Virus record (IMG/VR): IMGVR_UViG_3300028596_000001
Reading direction: 5' to 3' (one strand)
DNA from: a virus
Lineage: Duplodnaviria > Caudoviricetes
Length of the DNA: 64,000 nucleotides
The notes under the pieces were generated by a model that worked only from the letters and a program-made list of their open reading frames with translations, was not told the origin of the DNA and did not search any database. The translations under genes and the position numbers were made by a program. This document shows positions 55,234 through 64,000 of the stretch, one piece after another (within the stretch, counting starts at the first letter, position 1; each line of letters begins with the position of its first letter).

Positions 55234-57206
55234 TTGAGTCCTTTTATCGTTTCGATCAGTTTATCGATACTACTTGCTTTGGTTCCCTCGATCGTAGGGA
55301 TACCTAGCTCAGTTGCTTTTAATATCTTACTTTTACTAGGTTTCTCCCCGACCAACAGAAACTGGCAATCCTTGGTCAAATTCTCGACCAATTCAATTCC
55401 ATGGCTTGCAAAGTAAGCGCCCAGCTCTTCCCGAGCTTGGCCCAACGAACCGGTAACGATGCCTTTGATACCAGTTACTACCGTTTCGTTTACATCCACC
55501 GACATATAACGCAGAATGTCTCGAGCGTTGTCGTAGAAGTCCTCATTGCGCAATACAGCTGCTATAGGCAAAGCCAACCCAGCACCAAAGCCAGGAACCT
55601 TCATGACCTTCTCAGGGTCTTTCAGGAAGTCCAAGGCGTCAGTATTAGGTGCTTCATCCCGACGCAGTTCAATAGGCAAAGCATCAGCCAGTTTCTTGGC
55701 TCGAGTCAGATCAATGCCCGGCAGGCCCAGTGCTTTGATAATGATGTGCCACGGTTGTTTACGTGCTGCTTGAATGCGTTCAGCGATCTTCTCCCCGACA
55801 TTGGTAGGGTCCAGCAACCAAATAACATCAGAAGTACTGCTGATGACGTCGAAGTCAATCAACTGTGCCAGCTTGACTGGTCCGAGGTCTTCGATATTCA
55901 GGCAGCGTTTATCAACCAGCGCTACACAACGCATCAGAAGCTGCCCAGGACACTCCACAACGTTGTTACAAACGAGTTCGGCGCTGTTCTTGCTCTTACG
56001 TATCTCTAGAACAGAACCACAGCTAGGGCACTCTGTAGGAGCTTCAAAGAGGGGTCCGCTTCCGCTAGAGACGACACGATGCAACCGAGGAATAACATCG
56101 CCGTTGCGGCTGACCGAAATAACACTGTCTTCACGCAGCTCCAATGCAAGGAATTGGTAAATATTGTCCAGAGACGCTCGGTCACACTGAACACCGCCCA
56201 AACGAATAGGCTGGTAATTAATGCACGGAGTTACACGCCCAGTCTTACCTACCTGCCAGTCGATACTTACCGGAGTGGTTTCCTTCTCTTCGTCAGGGAA
56301 CTTGTAAGCAATGGCCCAGTTAGGATGACGGTTAGTCACCCCCAATTCAGCCTGGCGAGCGATACTGTTGATCTTGCGCACCACGCCGTCCACTGGAATG
56401 TTGAGCAGTACCCTGTTGCGTTCGATATCCTGTTTGGTTGCTTGTGGGGCTGGCCAGAACCCTAGGCGCTCCCAAGCAAACCGCAGTTCTTCGTATTCGT
56501 CACAACCAAAGTTGGTATCGGACCAGTAGATGTTGAAGTCCAGCAGTCCGATGGCGTTCTTGTCCATGTTCTTTTCCAGAGCACGAACAAAGCCACTGGC
56601 GGCATTACGTGGAGTACTCTTCTTCTTGACTGCTACCTCGTTGTAGGAGTCGAAGCTGAAGATATCCAGATAGCCTTCACCGCGTACTGTAAGCTGTTCC
56701 ATGCCCTTTTGGCCACGCAACACTTTAGGGATGGTGCGGAACAACGGAAGGGTGTGAGTTACGTCCTCACCTTCCATACCACTACCCCGAGTGGTCATCT
56801 GCTTGAATTCCAGATAACCGTCTTGGTTCTTGAGATACAGGATCTCCAACGCCAAGCCGTCGATCTTGTATTCGTCGTAGTACTCTTCGTCGGGGAACTT
56901 CTTGGTGAACTGTTCCAGCGCGTCGTGAGTCAATGCTTTCTTGAGGCTGAGCATTGGGTTGTCGAACGTAATCAACGTCAACCCAGCACCGCTAGGCTCG
57001 TGGATAGGTACTGGCTTGTTCTGTATGTCGAACAGTTCAGCCAGTTCCGGGTGGTGTTCCCGCAGCTCTTCGAAACGCTCCACCATTTCGTCGTAAACGT
57101 GGTTGGGGATGACCGCTGTGTTCTTGTTGAAGTACAAGTCGGCGTGATAGGCGATCTCTTTACTGAGCCTTTCCATCTCACCGAATACAGAATCTTTGTT
57201 AGGCAT
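55230..57206 (-). CDS. ligA: NAD-dependent DNA ligase
   Basis: MLSL, EYKIDG, TRG, VRGE, DGVVRK, AYKF, QVGKTG, C4 zinc finger, HhH, BRCT. Confidence 0.95.
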   Translation of the reverse strand: MPNKDSVFGEMERLSKEIAYHADLYFNKNTAVIPNHVYDEMVERFEELREHHPELAELFDIQNKPVPIHEPSGAGLTLITFDNPMLSLKKALTHDALEQFTKKFPDEEYYDEYKIDGLALEILYLKNQDGYLEFKQMTTRGSGMEGEDVTHTLPLFRTIPKVLRGQKGMEQLTVRGEGYLDIFSFDSYNEVAVKKKSTPRNAASGFVRALEKNMDKNAIGLLDFNIYWSDTNFGCDEYEELRFAWERLGFWPAPQATKQDIERNRVLLNIPVDGVVRKINSIARQAELGVTNRHPNWAIAYKFPDEEKETTPVSIDWQVGKTGRVTPCINYQPIRLGGVQCDRASLDNIYQFLALELREDSVISVSRNGDVIPRLHRVVSSGSGPLFEAPTECPSCGSVLEIRKSKNSAELVCNNVVECPGQLLMRCVALVDKRCLNIEDLGPVKLAQLIDFDVISSTSDVIWLLDPTNVGEKIAERIQAARKQPWHIIIKALGLPGIDLTRAKKLADALPIELRRDEAPNTDALDFLKDPEKVMKVPGFGAGLALPIAAVLRNEDFYDNARDILRYMSVDVNETVVTGIKGIVTGSLGQAREELGAYFASHGIELVENLTKDCQFLLVGEKPSKSKILKATELGIPTIEGTKASSIDKLIETIKGLK

Positions 57207-57277
57207 ATTAACCTCGAAATTAGACCAAGCGGCTATAAGGCTAGGTACCAGGGTGTTACCCCCAGCACCTAGTCCGT

Positions 57278-57751
57278 TTAGGCCGACTCGCGTACTTTGT
57301 TCTTTTCAGCCATCAGATCATTCAGCAAGCGGATGTCGACCAGATCTTGGTCGCGCTTAGCTTTTGAGCGTTCTGGCTGGGCATAGCCACCACGTTTCTG
57401 GATCATCAACGTCAGAACGTCAAAGATTTGGATGCCTTCTTCATTACAGATTGGGAAGTAGGTATTACGTTTACGGATCCAGATGGGGTGCTCTTCGTCC
57501 CATTCCTTGCCGTGCCCACTCTCATACTGGAAAGCGACGTCCGTCATCGGATGGCAAATCACTTTCTGGTGAACGGCCAACTTGTGGAACGATTCTTCGT
57601 TTACCCACAGGTTGATGTCCTGGGTATGCTCTCGCAATCCCATGGCAACCAATGCACCGCCGCCACCCACGACCATGTGTTCAAATGGAATACCGTGGTC
57701 TTCGAAAAGAACTCGCAAAGTTACTGCGATGTCATAAGAACTCTTGAACAT
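57278..57751 (-). CDS. Nucleotidyltransferase-fold protein with altered catalytic motif
   Basis: VGGGGALVAMGLREHTQDINLWV (D-x-N instead of D-x-D). Confidence 0.6.
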   Translation of the reverse strand: MFKSSYDIAVTLRVLFEDHGIPFEHMVVGGGGALVAMGLREHTQDINLWVNEESFHKLAVHQKVICHPMTDVAFQYESGHGKEWDEEHPIWIRKRNTYFPICNEEGIQIFDVLTLMIQKRGGYAQPERSKAKRDQDLVDIRLLNDLMAEKNKVRESA

Positions 57752-57752
57752 A

Positions 57753-58238
57753 TCAAACCTTAGTTCTGTTAAGTTGGAGACCGGCAGCAGCCAGCTGGTC
57801 CCGCATTGAGTAAACGTTGTCCAGGCATTCCTTCAACGCCTGGATGTCTTTACGATCTTGCGCGGCCTTTAATGGGGGACGTTCAGGATGGTTCGCCATG
57901 ATTTCTTTTTGTTTGATGAGTTGTTCCGGATGGTAGATCCAGATACCCAAATAATCCATGACATGAACTTTGTCAATCCCCGTAGGCAGCATGTGGAGAT
58001 CCACCATGCCGTCCCATGCGATAAGCTCGCCAGTAAGACCTTGCTGAGCCCCTTTTCGTGCTTTATGTTTTTCGAAGAAGTCCACGGGCACGTCCACATC
58101 CAGGTCACTGGTATATTTACGCAAACCCAACAGAACCAAAGCAGCACCGGCGGACAGTACTACCTTTTCGTAAGGCAACCCTAGTTCAACGCAGAGTTGC
58201 TTATAACGACGAGATACAGCAGCACGATCTAGACTCAT
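57753..58238 (-). CDS. Nucleotidyltransferase (pol-beta fold, minimal type)
   Basis: LSAGAALVLLGLRKYTSDLDVDV; ..K......K...DR.DI. Confidence 0.65.
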   Translation of the reverse strand: MSLDRAAVSRRYKQLCVELGLPYEKVVLSAGAALVLLGLRKYTSDLDVDVPVDFFEKHKARKGAQQGLTGELIAWDGMVDLHMLPTGIDKVHVMDYLGIWIYHPEQLIKQKEIMANHPERPPLKAAQDRKDIQALKECLDNVYSMRDQLAAAGLQLNRTKV

Positions 58239-58246
58239 GGCATTAC

Positions 58247-58561
58247 CTACCCTAACATGTTTTCATTCATGTGACCGATGATGTTCTCGATGCTCTGGGC
58301 GTCAATTGAGGTGTACGCCGGGTTCAGGGCGGTATAGTTGATACCTTTCATACCCATCGAATCGAAGTTCACCAACGCCTGGTTCATCCCATGGAACTCC
58401 ACAACGGCCGTCTTAGGACCACTGTTTTGTTGAATGGTGATGTACGCCACACCTTGTCCAGCAAACGAGGGGATCAGCACCCCGGTCTTGTCCTGAGTTA
58501 CGCGAACTGGAAGTTTCACTGGTGAATTCCCTTGTGTAGAAAACTGGCTATAGCCGTTCAT
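58247..58561 (-). CDS. Hypothetical protein
   Basis: First ORF after promoter box. Confidence 0.6.
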   Translation of the reverse strand: MNGYSQFSTQGNSPVKLPVRVTQDKTGVLIPSFAGQGVAYITIQQNSGPKTAVVEFHGMNQALVNFDSMGMKGINYTALNPAYTSIDAQSIENIIGHMNENMLG

Positions 58562-58645
58562 ATGGTTTGATGCTTCCCAAAATATGTTCAGACATCGGCT
58601 AACCTAACAAGGGAATCAGGATAAGCGAAACTTATCCTGTTCATA

Positions 58646-58668
58646 CATCGTAGTAATATAGGTCCAAA
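58646..58668 (-). promoter_or_regulatory. Early-type promoter TATATTAC
   Basis: Minus strand TTTGGACC-TATATTAC-TACGATG. Confidence 0.7.
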
Positions 58669-58675
58669 ATAAATC

Positions 58676-61144
58676 TTAGACTACCACGCTGTGCTTGTTA
58701 GGGGTGCCGGGTAATGTCAGTCCCTCGTACTTAAAGGCAATGATATTCGGATCCTTGAGGATACCGTATTGCCCGAAATAGTGAGAGACCATGAAGAGTT
58801 GCCGTGGGTTCTTGCCCTGCGTGTATTCCTGGATGAAGTTAAAGAAGCGGCCGCGCTTGATCTCGTCAAACGACACACCAACCTCATCCATGATCAACGG
58901 AGTAGGGAACCCTACGTATGCAGCCAATACAAAACGAAACGCCCAGTCAATCATGTCGGTTTCACCGGCAGAGCATTCCGAGATATCCGGGGTGGGGTCA
59001 GCATCACCCGTCACCACTGGGAACTTGTAATTGAGGTCCCCGTTCTCTTTGTTGCAAGGTTTCACATAAAGAGTGGTGTTCCAGATTTCTTTAATAACAG
59101 TGTTGACGTTACCGCACAACGAATTGATGAAGTCGCTCATCAACTTACCAATGATACCCTTGCTAGGGCACAGGCCATCCATCAGGATCTCGACGGTCTT
59201 GAGTCGAGCACGCATCCGGTTAATGTCAGAGGTAATGGATTCCACTACCGCTGTCAGGCTCTTGGCGTTGATGATCGAACTCATGTGTTCGTCTTTCATG
59301 CCAGTCAGTTCAGAAACCCGAGTGTCTACCAAGTCACGCAACTGAACGTTAGCACGGTTAGCCATGCCTTCCAGGAGTTCTACTTGCAAGAGACGAACTT
59401 CTTCGATCTCCCGCTCATAGTTGGCGATGCTCATCAACTCTTCGTTAAGCAAGAACACCCGGCGCTTGTAGAAAGAGATCTGGTTATTCACACCCACCAA
59501 ATCAGTCTCAAGGTTCTGGACATGTGTTGCGATATCCAAAACGTTATCTTGGCTGATAAGGTCCAAGCGAGCGTCTACAACCTTCTTCTCATCGAACAGG
59601 GTCTGTCGGTAAGCAATCACCCCAACACGGCACATAAACGCATCCAGGACGTTACAGAGGGGTCCTGCTGGCGACTTACCAATGTTGTACGAACGAATCA
59701 GTTCTGGAAGTACCCGAACGTTACCATTCTCCCGAACAAAGTTATAAAGCTGGTTCATTGTCAGATACCATTCGGCATCGTTTTCAATACGCAGATCCAA
59801 AGCTTTACTTTGAGCAGTTAGTCGTTCTACCTGGCCATATTGCGCCGCAATGGTTTCTTGCAGCGTGGCAATGTCCTTTTGGGTAATCCCTACCTTAAAT
59901 GTGCTGGTGCAATCAGGACACTCGATATTCTCAGCCGACTGGTAGTGACGGAGTTTATGCTCCATCTGTTCCAATTGCGATTTAAGGTTACGCAGCTTGT
60001 TGCCTAGTTGTTCCTGATCCAGCAGCAACTGCTTATAAGCGCCGCTGGTGAGACTTTCGTCACTCAGGGTAACAACCCTACCCAAGTACTCTTTAAACCT
60101 GCCTACGACGTACTCCAGGCCTGTAAAGACCATCTCTGGGTCATCGAACACCGGCTGGTTGTTAAGCAGGTTGTTATAACGCTCCAGATCCTTATTGGTT
60201 CGCGCCAAGTCCTCGTCGATGTGCTTGGCTTGGTCCTTGAAAGCACCAGGATCTTTCAGGAAGTCATCCAATCCTTCGAGGTAGGAGGCGTGCTCCGCGA
60301 TAACCCCTTTCAGAACGTTGGCCTTGTCCTGATACTTGCTCAGCATGCCGTCTGCTGTGTCATAGGCCGACTCAAGCTCTTCCTTAGAGAACTGAACACC
60401 GCTGAGGTTATTTACCAACAGCTTGTCCACCAAGAAAGTATAACGATCATGTTTACTACGCAGATTAGGATCCATCTTAGCCGATTCCAAACGCCCACGC
60501 ATTAACAACGAACTTTGCAGATCTTGATCGACCTGCTTAATCCGACGCTCGAGTTCCTCTACCCCACAATTACTAAGTGTGGAGAGTTTACGGTTCTCTT
60601 CGGTGTGGCGTTCGATCTGCTTCTTGATCGTTGACTTGAGGTCGTTACGTTCTTGTCGCAGTTTCGAGTAAACCCCCAACGCGTATTCCGTGTCGTTAGG
60701 GTAGACCTGGAGGATAACTTCCTTGCGACGGTTAGGTGACATGGCCGAAAGACGGTCTACCATCTTCAAGCCGTTCAGGATCCGAATCAATCCGCCGTCT
60801 GCTTTGCCGAAGTGGTTGTAGACCAATTCTTTCTGTGCACTGTAAGTACCGCCAGTGTTCAGCTCAGGACCGTCGTCAATTTTAAAGCTATGACCGTTAC
60901 CCACCCCGGTGTAACTGTCGAGTTTGTACGTCCGCTTATTGTGTATGTATTCCACATACTTCCGCCCACCACGGTAGTTACCGTTCTCTGGTGGTAGCGG
61001 ATTAAGTTCTTTTAAGCACGACGTCTTCCCCACGCCATTTGGCGCAATAAACAAATTGATCATGCTGCGCGTGTCCAACTCAATCTTGGTGATCCCACTC
61101 GACAGCAAAGGAATGTAATTTTCGAGAATCAGTTTTACAAGCAT
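58676..61144 (-). CDS. sbcC: SbcC/Rad50-like SMC ATPase
   Basis: APNGVGKT, coiled coils, CPDC zinc hook, CSAGE signature, LIMDE, VSHY; start moved to ATG 61144. Confidence 0.9.
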   Translation of the reverse strand: MLVKLILENYIPLLSSGITKIELDTRSMINLFIAPNGVGKTSCLKELNPLPPENGNYRGGRKYVEYIHNKRTYKLDSYTGVGNGHSFKIDDGPELNTGGTYSAQKELVYNHFGKADGGLIRILNGLKMVDRLSAMSPNRRKEVILQVYPNDTEYALGVYSKLRQERNDLKSTIKKQIERHTEENRKLSTLSNCGVEELERRIKQVDQDLQSSLLMRGRLESAKMDPNLRSKHDRYTFLVDKLLVNNLSGVQFSKEELESAYDTADGMLSKYQDKANVLKGVIAEHASYLEGLDDFLKDPGAFKDQAKHIDEDLARTNKDLERYNNLLNNQPVFDDPEMVFTGLEYVVGRFKEYLGRVVTLSDESLTSGAYKQLLLDQEQLGNKLRNLKSQLEQMEHKLRHYQSAENIECPDCTSTFKVGITQKDIATLQETIAAQYGQVERLTAQSKALDLRIENDAEWYLTMNQLYNFVRENGNVRVLPELIRSYNIGKSPAGPLCNVLDAFMCRVGVIAYRQTLFDEKKVVDARLDLISQDNVLDIATHVQNLETDLVGVNNQISFYKRRVFLLNEELMSIANYEREIEEVRLLQVELLEGMANRANVQLRDLVDTRVSELTGMKDEHMSSIINAKSLTAVVESITSDINRMRARLKTVEILMDGLCPSKGIIGKLMSDFINSLCGNVNTVIKEIWNTTLYVKPCNKENGDLNYKFPVVTGDADPTPDISECSAGETDMIDWAFRFVLAAYVGFPTPLIMDEVGVSFDEIKRGRFFNFIQEYTQGKNPRQLFMVSHYFGQYGILKDPNIIAFKYEGLTLPGTPNKHSVVV

Positions 61145-61199
61145 GGTATAGATTTCCTTAACGGATACCTGTCCTTTTCTAAAGTATGGAGTACGTGGT

Positions 61200-62198
61200 A
61201 TGAGTTTATTGCAGTTTCTCGGAGTGGGTACCGTTACCGCTACCAAGGACACCAATACCAACGAAGTAATGGTTTACGCTCCGTTCTTATTTCCGCAGGC
61301 TGAGGGTCGTCTGTCGGCAAACGCTGAACGGGTAGAACGGGTAAGTAAGAACGCCGCTGGTGAAGAAGTTCGTAGTACTGCTTTAAAGAGCAATAGTATT
61401 CCGGCTGTCTGGCGGAAGATGGATAACAGTAACCGTATCTCAGCTCCTGACGTTCGGGAGGGCAGTAAGGTAAGCATCTACCGCATCCCAGGTCAGAACG
61501 TTTACTACTGGTCACTGGATGGGGTGAACCCTGATACCTTCCGGATGGAGACAGTCCAGTACGGTTGGAACGCTAACCCTCACGTAGGGGAAAACGGAGA
61601 GTTCGAGGTAGACAACTTCTACCTGCTCAACTTTGACACACGTAACGGTCTTATCCAACTCCGTACCAGTGAGGCCAACGGCGAAGCTACTACCTTCGAT
61701 ATCCAGATCAATACCAAAACTGGTACGATCAACTTCGGTGGTAAGAACGGTAGCATGCTGAAGTATGACGACGTCGAGCGCTCGTTTACTTACACCAACC
61801 AAGACGGTAGTGTGTTGCGGGTGGTGAAGGAAGAGATAATCGCCCATGCCCCGAAGAGTATCTCTCTGTTCACTGACCAAACCGTTAACCTGAAAACCAA
61901 GACCCTCAAGATCCAGGCAGAAGAAGCTTTTGTCGATATTGGGGTGACCAAATGGAAGGGGCGTTTCGAACATACCGGGGATAGTACCCAGTTGGGTGAC
62001 CACGACCAGGTAGGACGGACGTCTCAAGAAGGTAACTACATCCAAGAGGGTGATTTCACTCAGGACGGTAACCAGGTTACCTTTGGTCTTATTATCGGTA
62101 CTGAGGACGTACGCACCTCTACCGTTAGTCTTAACCTCCACCCACATAGTGGCGTTGAGGGCGGTAAAGATACTTCGGGCCCGCCCGTACCAAGCTGA
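61200..62198 (+). CDS. Baseplate central spike (gpV/gp5-type)
   Basis: PDVREGSKVSIYR OB-fold region, beta-helix repeats, C-terminal LNLHPHSGVEGGKDTSGPP (HxH metal site). Confidence 0.8.
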   Translation: MSLLQFLGVGTVTATKDTNTNEVMVYAPFLFPQAEGRLSANAERVERVSKNAAGEEVRSTALKSNSIPAVWRKMDNSNRISAPDVREGSKVSIYRIPGQNVYYWSLDGVNPDTFRMETVQYGWNANPHVGENGEFEVDNFYLLNFDTRNGLIQLRTSEANGEATTFDIQINTKTGTINFGGKNGSMLKYDDVERSFTYTNQDGSVLRVVKEEIIAHAPKSISLFTDQTVNLKTKTLKIQAEEAFVDIGVTKWKGRFEHTGDSTQLGDHDQVGRTSQEGNYIQEGDFTQDGNQVTFGLIIGTEDVRTSTVSLNLHPHSGVEGGKDTSGPPVPS

Positions 62199-62210
62199 CA
62201 TATACCTTAC

Positions 62211-62242
62211 TACTCCTACCGGCCCTAAAGCCGGTAGGAGTA
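62211..62242. terminator. Hairpin at convergent junction
   Basis: TACTCCTACCGGC-CCTAAA-GCCGGTAGGAGTA. Confidence 0.7.
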
Positions 62243-62251
62243 GGGGTACGT

Positions 62252-64000
62252 TTAAATGCGGTCGCGGTTAGTGAAGAAGCGGTTCACACCGTTACCACCA
62301 TCATCGTCGAAGCACGGTACTGCCGTACCACGACGAGTAGCAGTTACCAGGTGGCGATCCAATACCAGGTATTCACGACTCACCGTAAGCACACCGTTAA
62401 CCGAGGTACCGAAGAGGATCTCAGTGTTCGATGTTTCACGGATAGTGTCGCTAGCCATGGCAACCAGAGTATCGCCGTTACGGATCAGGTAGCAGTAGCT
62501 GGTCCCGACAGTCCGGACCTTAACTGCGTAGTCCTTGTCCAGGATGTACGCTCGGCCGTTGATGAACACCTTGGCGCCAGCAGGTACACGTACCCAACCG
62601 GTTTCGTTGATGTCAAACGGATCCACTACCTGTGCCGGGTTCGCCGTGTTCTTACAGTTGGTAGTAAGAGCACCGTTAGCCGGGTCGTATTGATAGACCC
62701 CTTTACGCGGCACCACAAACGCCGGATAGACTTCATCCACCATGTCGATAGACTGACCACTTGGGTACAGGCGGGCGTTGTTAGTAACTACCGCGGTGAT
62801 CACCGGAACGGCATCGTTGATAGCAGGGATGTTGAACGACACGTCCCCGTACAAGTCACCGAATGGGCGAGTAAGAGCGATCGAATAACCAGTAGGGCTA
62901 GTTTGAATAGCCATCAGGTCATTGAAGCTCATCCGCACACCGTCACCAGAGGCAGACACGCGGTACGCACCAGGCAGGCTAGAAACAGCCGGAGTAACGA
63001 TAGTAGTCTTAACACCGCCACCAGGGACGAAGTCGAGAACGAACTGACCGTTAATGATCGACCATGGAGCAACACCTACCTCAGCGTGGCAAAGTCCATC
63101 AGACAACACGAACACAGCCTTGTTAGCCGTCAATGCAAACACTTGGATCTGCGGTTCACGGAAACGAGCGATGCCCGCAGGGATAGGACTACGCGCTGCA
63201 GCCCGGTCGAGCATGGCGCTGGCACTGGCCTGCAAGGACATCAACGAGATCGGCGAGAGACTAACCACCGATCCCAGGGTCAAGGTTCCGTTAACATAGC
63301 TAAAGGAACTGTAACCTTGGTAGTTGTTGTTCTTGGTGAAGGCCAATGGATTAACCGACACACCGTCTACCGAAGACGAGACGTAGCAGGACAACGCCGT
63401 AGGGAACGCATTCAGTTTCTCTTGACGGATATTCAGGTCAGGCAAACGAATGCCGAACTTGTTACCCGAGTCAGTGGTGATGAAACCTGCAGTGTTCCAG
63501 GTGAGTTCCTGCCAACGATAACGACCAGTGCCTACGTCCAACCCGTAAACCAGGTAAGTAGACTCAGCGCCGACGTGTTTGATCGGAATGATCCGTTCTG
63601 GCAATGCGGTGAAGCACGCGTGCCGTGCAGGAACCATCGTCTCAGTGGTGGCTTCTTTCATATCTACATAAGGACGTGGCCCGGCTACCCAGGCTTTAAT
63701 GCCCTTCAAATCGGTTGTGAAGCGTTTAACCCGCATGCAGTACTTGCCATGTCGCGCTTTAACTACTTCGCCGTTATCGAGCACACAGCCCGGCAGGTGG
63801 GTGGGGGAGTTCATGTTCCAGCGGTTGCCTTGTTCCATCCACTGCTTCCCAGCAGGAACCACCAAGTCATTCGCCAGTACATCTTTAACCCGACTACCTA
63901 CTACTCTGACGTTAGCCATACCACCAGCCCGCAAAGTACCCGGGATGATCGATTCAACGAAGCGCCAGGTCACGTACTTGGAAGTACCGTCTGGCAGGGT
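62252..64000 (-). CDS. Large structural/tail fibre-like protein, N-terminus beyond the window
   Basis: Frame open to base 64000; beta-rich; HxPGC and VP.G..V.ING..Y.L segments. Confidence 0.6.
   Translation of the reverse strand, partial: TLPDGTSKYVTWRFVESIIPGTLRAGGMANVRVVGSRVKDVLANDLVVPAGKQWMEQGNRWNMNSPTHLPGCVLDNGEVVKARHGKYCMRVKRFTTDLKGIKAWVAGPRPYVDMKEATTETMVPARHACFTALPERIIPIKHVGAESTYLVYGLDVGTGRYRWQELTWNTAGFITTDSGNKFGIRLPDLNIRQEKLNAFPTALSCYVSSSVDGVSVNPLAFTKNNNYQGYSSFSYVNGTLTLGSVVSLSPISLMSLQASASAMLDRAAARSPIPAGIARFREPQIQVFALTANKAVFVLSDGLCHAEVGVAPWSIINGQFVLDFVPGGGVKTTIVTPAVSSLPGAYRVSASGDGVRMSFNDLMAIQTSPTGYSIALTRPFGDLYGDVSFNIPAINDAVPVITAVVTNNARLYPSGQSIDMVDEVYPAFVVPRKGVYQYDPANGALTTNCKNTANPAQVVDPFDINETGWVRVPAGAKVFINGRAYILDKDYAVKVRTVGTSYCYLIRNGDTLVAMASDTIRETSNTEILFGTSVNGVLTVSREYLVLDRHLVTATRRGTAVPCFDDDGGNGVNRFFTNRDRI

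Noticed and set aside
8077-59821. Long plus-strand ORFs at 8077-9171, 19201-20115, 35479-36432, 46762-47760, 53803-54990 and 58769-59821
   Set aside because: Each is the antisense shadow of a codon-biased minus-strand gene, with no RBS context or recognisable motifs.
55230-61144. Intein or intron in ligA or sbcC
   Set aside because: Lengths and motif order are ordinary; no intein splice motifs seen.
61170-61203. TATG late-promoter boxes upstream of the spike gene
   Set aside because: Consistent with the phiKZ late consensus, but a 4-nt motif is too common to call without start-site data.
1-64000. CRISPR array, tRNA, rRNA or long ncRNA
   Set aside because: No spaced direct repeats or cloverleaf seen; intergenic gaps are at most about 120 nt and are explained by promoters and hairpins.
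1-64000. Diversity-generating retroelement, retron, transposase or homing endonuclease driving the paralog arrays
   Set aside because: No reverse transcriptase, transposase, HNH, GIY-YIG or LAGLIDADG motifs recognised; paralogs are too diverged for template/variable repeat pairs.
1-64000. Stop-codon reassignment
   Set aside because: Conserved genes (groEL, ligA, rnhA, sbcC) are intact under the standard bacterial code and genes tile tightly.

Overview
This window is a densely coding 64-kb segment of a large tailed phage genome, inferred to be a phiKZ-related jumbo myophage close to the chaperonin-encoding EL/OBP group. Support: GroEL-like chaperonin, NAD-dependent DNA ligase, RNase H, an SbcC/Rad50 ATPase divergent from a gpV/gp5-type baseplate spike, and repeated TATATTAC-type promoter boxes. 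Most of the window is minus-strand, probably early, accessory genes. Plus-strand structural cassettes interrupt them at 1-6698, 30222-33336 and 61200-62198. I found no rRNA, tRNA, CRISPR array, transposase, reverse transcriptase or intein. The most notable unexplained structures are: (1) a translationally coupled run of ten membrane proteins, six carrying an exact periplasm-facing C-x8-C loop, ending in a TPM-like/LemA-like pair; (2) a short W-x2-W-[YH]-x10-A-x3-G module repeated in at least seven otherwise unrelated proteins; (3) an Acb1-like 2H phosphodiesterase next to a DHH phosphoesterase; (4) a tandem nucleotidyltransferase pair, one intact and one catalytically altered; (5) a GNAT triplet; (6) an ART-like protein. 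All family calls come from motif recognition by eye; no database searches were run.
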